Assembly (NCBI RefSeq): GCF_009914755.1
Contig: NC_060927.1
Source: the human T2T-CHM13v2.0 reference genome, Homo sapiens
DNA: 64,000 nt
Direction: 5' to 3' (one strand)
The notes beneath the pieces are model-generated. The model had not been told where the DNA came from. It did not search any database and saw only the letters and a program-made list of their open reading frames with translations. The position numbers and the translations under genes are program-made. Shown here in pieces: positions 55,071 through 64,000 of the stretch (positions within the stretch are counted from its first letter, which is position 1; each line of letters starts with the position of its first letter).

Positions 55071-55293
55071 CAGGGCTGGACTAGGGTGAGGCAACGGAGG
55101 CACTCACCCCAGGTGCAAATTTTAAGGGGGTGCCCAAGAACTCGGTAATTAAGATAAATAATATTTTAATATTATATTTTTAAAATCAGAATTAATGCTA
55201 AAAATCCATGATGATCAAGATACCAAAATGTTAAACAAAGGCAGAGTCCTTTTCCTTTTGCCTCAGGCTCCAACGTGGCTTAGCACGGCACTG
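55071..55293. mobile_element. MER96B-like hAT element
   Basis: CAGGGCTGGACTAGGGTGAGGCAA..GCAAATTTTAAGGGGGTGCC..GGCACTG. Confidence 0.8.
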
Positions 55294-56629
55294 TGTGAAG
55301 GGGTATGTGTGCAGGGGAGAGAGTAAGTAGGGAAGCAAATGACAAGCAAACAGGACACGGAGTAGGAGGGCCTAAATGAACCTCCCAATCAGCAATATGG
55401 GGCCCTTCACCTGCTTATCTCACCCTGACCCTAACCTGGCTCTTCCCCTGTTTGTCCTGCCTCAGTAAATGATGCAACCGTTCAAACAGAGCCCAAGCCG
55501 GAGACCAGGGAATGGTCTTGCCTGCTTTCTCTCCCTCTCCCCTGTCTGTTATCCTCTTTCTCTCCTTTCATATCCATGGTGCCGCTTCCTAGGCTTCCCG
55601 CCACCCCTGTCCAATCCACCCTCCACACTCCTCCAGGAAGCTCATGTAAACTCCAGTGGGATCCCCAGAACAGTTTAGCAGATAAAGCCCAAACTTCTCA
55701 GAGAGGCGTATGTGAGCTGGGCCCTGTCTGTGCCCAGATTTGAACTCAGTCCCCTGCACTCCCAAACCCTGGCCCTTTGCTCTTGCTTTCCCCTTACCCA
55801 TCAGACGCTTTCTTTTCCACATCTGGAGAACTCCTACTCATCCCACAGGTGAGAAGCAAAATCTTGAACCAAAGACTGCCTGACAATAAATCCAGTTACC
55901 ACTACAATTATAGAGGTATACATGCTTCTTTGCAGAAATTCTGCTTAGAGATTATCCCCTTCAAGAAAACTTGCTTGATTCTCCCCTATCTCCTAGGACA
56001 GTGTTGAAAGGCCCTGCTATGTCCTCTTATAAAGGCCCAACTCCATATTTACCACAGGTGCTATATTTGCCTGTTTACTTATCTGTCTCACCACTGGAAG
56101 CAGCCCACAGTCAGGGAATCATTGGGGATCATTTTTGCATCCCAGCTTCTAGCCACTTACTTATATGTAGTAGATGTTCGATAAATGTTTGTTGAATGGA
56201 TAAATGAAAGTCTGAGTGGCATCTGGATTGATAGGAAATACCAGTTAGATGAAAGGAAGAAAAACACCTATCTCTTAGGGCTACTGTGTACCGTGGGACA
56301 GGTTGTACACTTCGTAGCTTTAGAGAAATGTGATTTATGTCATGTCTATGTGAATGGCAACCCCAGAGATCACACAGGGGAATTCTAGTCCACCTCTCAG
56401 TTGTCATTCTTTGAGGGCATGCACCCTGTCTTAATCCTTTGAGGTCCACATACAGCACCCACACAGTGCTTCATGCCCTGTAGGTTCAGCGGGCTATTAG
56501 AGAAATGAATGGATATACTTAAGTGAATTTTTCATAAAGTTGTGGTAGCCAAAGTATTGCCCTCTTCACATTAGGGATATTTTTATTCTTTGAACTATAA
56601 TGAATAGTCAAAATCTTTTCCTCCCATCA

Positions 56630-57390
56630 AGCATTCATTCATTCAACAAAGATTACTGAAATATTCACTTATGTGCCAGGTATAGGCACTGCCCTGGACA
56701 CTGAGATAGAGCAGTGGGCAAAACAAAGCTCCCTCATTGAACTTATATTCTAGTGCAGAAAACACTGGAGACAAATAAGCAAAAGAAGTATGTAATAGAA
56801 TGTTGAAGACAGATAGGAGGAAGTGATATGAAGAAAATTAGTATTGAGTTGGGAAATAGAGGGAATCAGGGTGAACAATTTTAGATAAGATGATGTTTTC
56901 CCCAATTCATATGTTGAAACTTAATTCCCAACAAGATGGTAATCAGAGGTGAGGCCTTTTGGAGGTGGTCAGGTCATGAGGGTGCTGCCCATAAAAGAGG
57001 CTTGAGGTAGCCTGTGTGCCCCTTCTGCCACAGAAGAGAGAATGCAGCAAGGTTATTAGAAGTGAGCCCTCACCAGACACTGCTGGTGCCCTGATGTTGG
57101 ACTTCCTTATCTCCAGAATTTAGAGCCATAAATTCTGTTGTTTACGAGTTAGCCAGTCTAAGGTAGTTTTGTTATAGTAGCCTGACAGACTAAGACAGGT
57201 GGTTAGAACAGGCTTCTGTGAGGAGGCCATGATTAAGCAGCCCTAAGTCAATGAAGTGAGGAAGTGAGAAGTGCTCTAGGTTAGGGAAGAACTTACAAGG
57301 CCACCAGCAGAGCAAGCGGAAAGGCCAGAAGGTAAGAATGAGCTTGGTGTGCCTGAGAAAGTGCAAAGAGGAGTGGGAGAAGAAAAATGC
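56630..57390 (-). mobile_element. L2 fragment interrupted by an MLT1A/MST-like LTR (~56890-57197, +)
   Basis: CATTCATTCATTCAACAAA; CCCAATTCATATGTTGAAACTTAA..CAGACTAAGACA. Confidence 0.75.
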
Positions 57391-58993
57391 CAAAAAATTT
57401 TTGCATTCCGGCCTCCTCTTTCTAGATTCCATAGGCAACACAAAGACCTTCAGTGACTAATCTTTTTTTTTTTCAAGTCACTCCTTACCTCAGGCTACCA
57501 GTTTACAGCACAATTCAAGAGATTCTCTCTTTTTTATTGTTTTTTTGACATCTTTACATCGCAGGCCTATCTTTTTGGTATGCAATTCTGGATATTTAGA
57601 AAACATTCTCTTTTCAACAACCAATACAAACTTTCTTTTTTTTAAAAAAAAAAAAAAAAAAAAAAGGAATGTGAGTATGGAGAGGATTGTTTTTCCATAT
57701 GCCCACGCCTATCTGAGACAAGTCACATTTTCGCTCATTATAATTTCAGAAATGGTCTTTTCCTGACCTTGCTCCAATTTCTGAGCAACTACTATGTGTT
57801 GATTATTGGCAAGGTGACCAAAAAGCAAGAGGAGCACCGGCAAGAAACAAACAATATGAAAAATTAAGAGGATTGACTTTTGATATTTTTGCTTCTCTAG
57901 GCAAATGGTGACACAAAGACAACTTCCATTCCTTTTCATAAGGAAGGCATGGTTAAATATGAAGGTTTTCATCTTAATAAGGGTCTTTTCATTGGTTGTT
58001 AACCAAGCCAAATTTGACCAAAGCTTTTCTTCTCTTTTTCTAGGAGATATTTGCAGGCATCTTATTGTATTGAAGGCTGTCTTGTCCTTTAGAAAATAAT
58101 TTCTATACAATTTTTTCCTACCATAGAATACCAAGAAGTCAGATAATATAAAATACTGTATGATCAAATGTGTTATGCTGACAATATTCTTTTTCTGCAT
58201 AGACCAAGTCATCACAATGAAAAAACCCAACTCAATTTCACTTGATCCCTGTGGTATTATTTCTCTGTCCTTCATACTACATTCCCAGAAAATGATGGCT
58301 CATCTGGTAGGTGGCAATAATAACCCCACAAAGATTAGAGCCTTTGGAAGCATCAAGAATAAAGTTCACTCTGTGACTTGATAGACAATGGTTAAAACTC
58401 TAATTAGTCTTTTATAGAACCTTGGCAAGAAGTGATAAAACTATGAACACTTACTTCTCTTTTTCCCAGCCTACTCCATGTGAATAACAGAATTTCATAT
58501 ATAATTCAGAATTTGGGAGGTAGAGGAGAGAAAAAAGGTGCATGTATTTTGAAAAAGCTCCCCTTACATCCTGGTGTTTCTCTTGATAAGTAATTTTCCC
58601 TTCCACCTTCTTTGTACTGTTCTACTGTTCTGTGGCTATATTTCTATATGTATTCTGTTTTTCATTTATAGATATATTACTTATTTATCCCCTTCCTTAC
58701 CTCTTCAAAATTTAAGGAGGTATTATTTCTTTCTCCCATCATTCTTCTATTTTATTATTTTCCTGAATATCTCCTCTCTCTTATCATTCTTTCTCTCACA
58801 ACTGATCATAATACAGAATTCAAGTTTATTTTAAAATAGTTATTGTATCTCTGAAGTTTATATTTCCCATTCTTTATTGTGAAGTCCGAGTTTGGAGGAG
58901 GAGAAAGGAACAACCATTTATTAAACATTTTAGTATCAGACATTAGGCAAGGCGCTTTGCAGACATCAATTCATTTAATCATCTTAACAGCCT

Positions 58994-59456
58994 GTGGTCA
59001 ATTAGATATTGTTCAGAAATATTCACTCCCTCCCCTTCACTTTCATGGGAGAGGATACTTCTTGCTCCAGTGATGTTGGGTTTGCCTAAATGATTTGCTG
59101 TGGCTTCAATATTGGGCAGGATGTACTTCCCTGCCCCTTGACATTGGTCTCAATCATGTGACAAGCTTTGGCCAATGGGATGGTAGCATAGACAAAACAA
59201 GCAGAAACTTGAATTACGCTTTCACTATTGAGCTTGCCCTCTTGCACTTCTGCCATGCCATGTGAAAAACTCACAGGCTAGGCCTCTGGTTCCAGGAGAA
59301 GGATGAATCTCTCAGAAAACAAAGCCACTGCAACCCAGATTAGCCAACTTCCAGCTGACCCCAGCTCTCCAGATGCATAACCTAAATAAAGGCTTGTTGT
59401 TTTATGCCACTGAGATTCTGTAGCTTTCGTTATATAGCAGTAGCTAACCAATGCAC
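58994..59456 (+). mobile_element. MLT1I/J-like LTR inside a MIR (~58910-59610)
   Basis: CATGTGACAAGCTTTGGCCAATGGGATG..TAAATAAAGGCTTGTTGTTTTATGCCACTGAGATT. Confidence 0.75.
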
Positions 59457-59830
59457 AATCCTGTAAGATAAGCAGTAGTATTACCCCTTTTTTTAACCAA
59501 AATGGAAACTGAGAGTAAGAAATAAGCCCACAGACACACAGCTGGAATGCTGTAAAGACAGGATCTACACCAAAGTCTGTCTGATTGAAACTCCAGTGCT
59601 ATCTTATCTACAGTATGTTTCCTCTTTAATCTTTACATTCTTCTTTCCTTGAAACAAACAAAATAAATATGATTTTTACTTTCATGTGTCTCTTGGTTGG
59701 TTTTTGCTGAGGTCAATAGTCCTCCCTAGAAAGTGTATTCTTTCCCCTGCCGAGAAGTTTGACTTCCTAGAATCATGTCTTTACTTTATTCTGTGAGTTC
59801 TCAATATTGCCCACTTGTAATAGGATTTAA

Positions 59831-60179
<349 letters not shown>

Positions 60180-60721
60180 CAAAAATTTTATATATACATA
60201 TATATATAATTTTTTTCTTAAGCTCTAAGTTGATCAGATAGGAAGAGCAAATGCTGGGTGCAAGCATGTGATAGATAATTACTGCCTCCTCTACTACAGC
60301 CCAGAGGCGGAGTATGTGATAAAACTGGAGTATTCTGAGTGGTGGGTCCTGATAACACAGTTCTTGGAGCACAACAGAAACTGCTGGCATTACTGCGGAG
60401 TCACTTGTCATTATTTTTTATAACTGATAGCACTGAAAAGAAACACCTAAAAAAAATGACAAATACAGTGCCCATTGATTTTAAAATCCCAGAAGACTCT
60501 CCTGGATATTAGAGATTGATCAGCTTAACTTCAGTGTCTGCCAAGGTATGTGGACAAACAGTCAATTTGAGATAATGCTCTAGTTAACTCGATGGCTAGC
60601 CAAAAGTGTGTGCAGTTTGCAGGCTTAGCCCTCCATGGTAGATCTTTAAATATCACCCAGTGGTTGTTAAGATCAATAGGGAATACTGCTTTTTTATATA
60701 AATCTCACTTTGAGATATGAT

Positions 60722-60909
60722 TCAGTTTCTCAACCTGGGCACTATTGGCATTTTGGCCCAGATAATCCTTTGTTATAGGAGCTGTGCTATGTAAGCATTG
60801 TAGGAGGCTTAGCAGTATACTCTGGCCTCTACTCACTAGATGCCAATGTCTCCAGACATTGCCAAATGCCCTGTGGGGGTCAAAATTTCCCCTAATTGAG
60901 AACCACTGG
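60722..60909. mobile_element. MER20 hAT-Charlie MITE
   Basis: TTCTCAACCTGGGCACTATTGGCATTTTGG..TGTCTCCAGACATTGCCAAATG..TTGAGAACCACTG. Confidence 0.9.
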
Positions 60910-61471
60910 GCCACATAAACACTTCCTCTAATTATATTTATTTAGTATGCCTAACTATAATGTAACCTGCCCATGAGCATGTATTCACCAGTCCTTGTCT
61001 CCACGGATATTACACAGACTGTCAGGGTGAACTTCAAAGCCCCGAAGTTTCACCCTGTTCCCCCTGGGAATCAGGAGGGGTTGTTGCACATACATTCCTG
61101 AAGTCTTCAGCTACTGTTAACATGTGATACCATTCTTTCCCGCTGCTCCAGTTTCCCTCCAAGATGTCTGCCACCTAGGAAGCCATCTGAGGGTACCTCC
61201 CCACGTCAGTGCTGCCAGGAGGTATCTTGAACTTCCAAGTTCAGGATGTCTGTGCTGCCTCCAAAAGTATTCGAGGACACCATCCCTGGAGATTACAGAG
61301 TGATACCACCTTCCTTGGTGTCCTCACTGCATTGGAGTCATTCTGAGCCCCTGAAGAGGGCCTGTGTGTGCCATGCTGTATCACTTGGGCATCCAAAGAA
61401 TACTATTTGTATCCTGTCATCCCTCACATCCCCCATCTCACAGAATCTGTCAAGAAGAGCATAATTTGGGC

Positions 61472-61803
61472 TTAATGGTTCTCAATCCCTTAGGGAGGCC
61501 AGTGCTTCTCAAATGTAACATGCAGCAGAGTCTTCTGGGAGATCATCTGAAAAGGCAGATTCTCATTCAATAGGTCTGAAGTGGGGCCTGAGATTCAGTA
61601 TTTCTTACAGGCTCCCAGGTGAGGCTAGCTCTGTACTGCACTTTAAGCAGCAAAGTCTTAGTAGACATTAGAATCACTTGGGGTGTAGATTCCTAGGCCC
61701 CTTCCACCAGAGAGGCTGATTCAGAGGGTCTCAGTGAGATGCAGTCATCTATGTTTACAAGTTACCCCAGGTAGTTCAGAGTCCACATTTTAATTAACAC
61801 TGC
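61472..61803. mobile_element. Nested MER5-family MITEs
   Basis: CAGTGCTTCTCAAA..AGGTCTGAAGTGGGGCCTGAGATTC inside ATGGTTCTCAA | TTAGAATCACTTGGG..AACACTG. Confidence 0.7.
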
Positions 61804-63789
61804 ATTGCTGTAGCCTTTATCTTTGTAACATTGAGAAATATATTCACTAGGGCTGGGCCTAATCCATGGAGCTATAAAGCCAATTCCACAGGTATGTCAT
61901 CTTCCTGATTATAAGCTCCCTCCCTACAGCAAATCACCTCATGCAAATAAAGAGCTGTCTGGTGACACCCCTAGGTCATTAGGTAGGCCCAAATAAGCCC
62001 AAGCCCCCAGTAACTAACCCAAGACAGATGCCTGCTGGGCCCCTAGCAGACTGGAAGAGAAGAAAGTTTGGGTCTCCTTCCAGGCTGCAGTACAGGGAGA
62101 GCCTTTTAAATAAAAAGCAATTGTCAATCCACATAGAAAGCACATACATCTTTCTGGAAACATAGAGTTAGAAAATTCTTCACCCTGTGGAACTTAGGCC
62201 TGAACTCTGTCTGTCCCTCGGGTCTTTTTTAGATGAGCAATTTCCTCAGACACAGGAGATCTACCACCTGGAACCTCTTCTGATGTTCTGGAGTTTCAAG
62301 GTAGAATACACTTTTTGAGGATTTATGCCAAGGAAGAAAGTCTGGAGAGAACTTTTCTAGATTAATATCCACAGAGGCCTCCCTCCCTGGTGTTCAACAG
62401 AAATTCCTTCTTGTCACTCAATTCCTCACAGGGGTCATACTTTCCCATCAGTAACTTCCTCAAAACAGGTGTAAGACATCAAATGAAAAACATAATAGTT
62501 CCAGCAGAAGAGATAGAAAGAGAGAAACTCCAAGTTTCGAGAGAGAGAGAATAGAGTAGTTTTATGATACATTCACTTAAAAGAGAACCCCAGGATTTTC
62601 CATAGAAGTCAGCACGACTAGGGGTGAATGTAAGGAAGAAATACTGAGATTCTACTGTGTAACAGGCACCCTACATGCATTACCTCCTATCACTTTCGCA
62701 AAGATAATGAGGTGTCATCACTCTCGTTTTGGTGATGAAGACATGGAGTTCAAAAAATTTGAATTCAAGAGAAAATGAGTCTGGGTTTCTGATCCCAGGG
62801 AGCTGCCCTATCAGCCCCGTGCTGCTTACACTGAAACATCTATCTCATTTAAGCTGCTGTTATTTTGGGTCTCTCTATGACAGTAACTGAAATCTATAAC
62901 CTAACTAATATAACCAGATTCTATATCCAAAATTACCAGGATAAATACAACATTTAAATACCATCATTAGGAGATTTCATATCATTTTTCTGAGTGCTTT
63001 CTTTGATGGTGTTGCATGTGAATACAAACGTGAGTGAGCACTGCTGGGACCGTGGTGCTTCTCTGCATTCCCCCATTACCCGCTAACGCCAATAATGGCA
63101 TCTGTCAAGCTCTTTCATAAGTATGGTGTACAGAGAAATGTCCTGACAGATTTGGCGGGATCAGGCTAAATCCATCCAAGAAGAAAATGTCATTTCAATT
63201 TTTATAATAGATTTTTGAAGAAACATATCATATTACTATCCTTCTTTATGAAAACTTATATTGCAAAAGATGAACTACTAAGCCAAGGGAGATCAATAAA
63301 TGTGCCGGTGTGGTTCATCTCAACTCCAGTTTTCTCCAATTCTATCTCATTGTATACCGTTTTTATAAGAAGAAACAGTCAACGTTTTACATTTTAGCTT
63401 AAGATCTAATCCCCTAATCTCTTAAGAAATATGGATACAGTGACAACTTACTCCAGATCTTCCAGGGCCAACCCAATTTCAAATGCTTTTTAATTGTCAT
63501 CATTAGGTCCTAGTCTATGATTCAGCCCTGTGTCAAAGACTGCATTCTTGTTTTTTCCATTTAAAATAATGAAACATAGACTCCTTTAATCTGAAAATCA
63601 CCTATCTCACACTTTTCCTGGAATAGATTTGATTCGGACAACTTGAACCCTTCCCAAATCTTCCCGCTCCCAATTCTGCCTGCCTCGCTCTCATTCCCAA
63701 GGTCCCTGATTAATTTCCTTATGTCACATTTCTATTATTTACCTAAGCATTATTATTACAGTAATTACAGTGGCTAGGTTTTTCTTTTG

Positions 63790-63950
63790 TAGATATATAC
63801 ATTTATATGCATCTGTCTCCAGGCCTAGACTGAATTCTTTGAAAACAGTGACCCACTGCATTTGCTTTTGTATCAATATGCCTAACATATAGGCTGGCAC
63901 ACGATATATGTTCAATAACTTCATGTTTTAAGTTAGCAAAAATAAATAAA
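63790..63950 (+). mobile_element. L2 3' fragment
   Basis: CTGTCTCC..CTAGACTGAATTCTTTGAAAACAG..GGCTGGCACA..TTCAATAA. Confidence 0.65.
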
Positions 63951-64000
63951 TATGGTTTTGCTCTTTTGCTCATAGGTAAGTACAGAAGTGGGATTTCTGG

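Noticed and set aside
61704-61720. CTCF-like CCACCAGAGAGGC
   Set aside because: Register mismatch to the core motif, and it lies within a MER5 remnant.

Overview
Primate, almost certainly human, intergenic DNA: an AluYa5 with all five diagnostic positions is present. I found no intact protein-coding gene, RNA gene or CRISPR-like array, and most of the window is interspersed repeats (MaLR/ERVL/ERV1 LTRs, L1, L2, MIR, hAT/Tigger elements, 11 Alu-type insertions). The central structure is nested. A near full-length, decayed L1PB4-like LINE-1 (~15628-28272, +) carries in its ORF2 an essentially complete processed pseudogene of THRAP3 (5'UTR, CDS, long 3'UTR, poly(A) signal, TSD; 21094-25791, +; probably THRAP3P1), and the pseudogene carries an AluSc. 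The best leads are: (i) the retrocopy's 5' ~770 bp looks like a CpG island inside CpG-depleted L1; (ii) the AluYa5 has a pure A41 tail abutting a Pol III terminator; (iii) a short inverted templated insertion lies in the L1; (iv) an unexplained 188-codon ORF. I cannot support a new biological system from the sequence alone. Repeat subfamily names and comparisons to THRAP3 rest on my recollection of consensus/parent sequences, not on alignments. Boundaries of old repeats are approximate.
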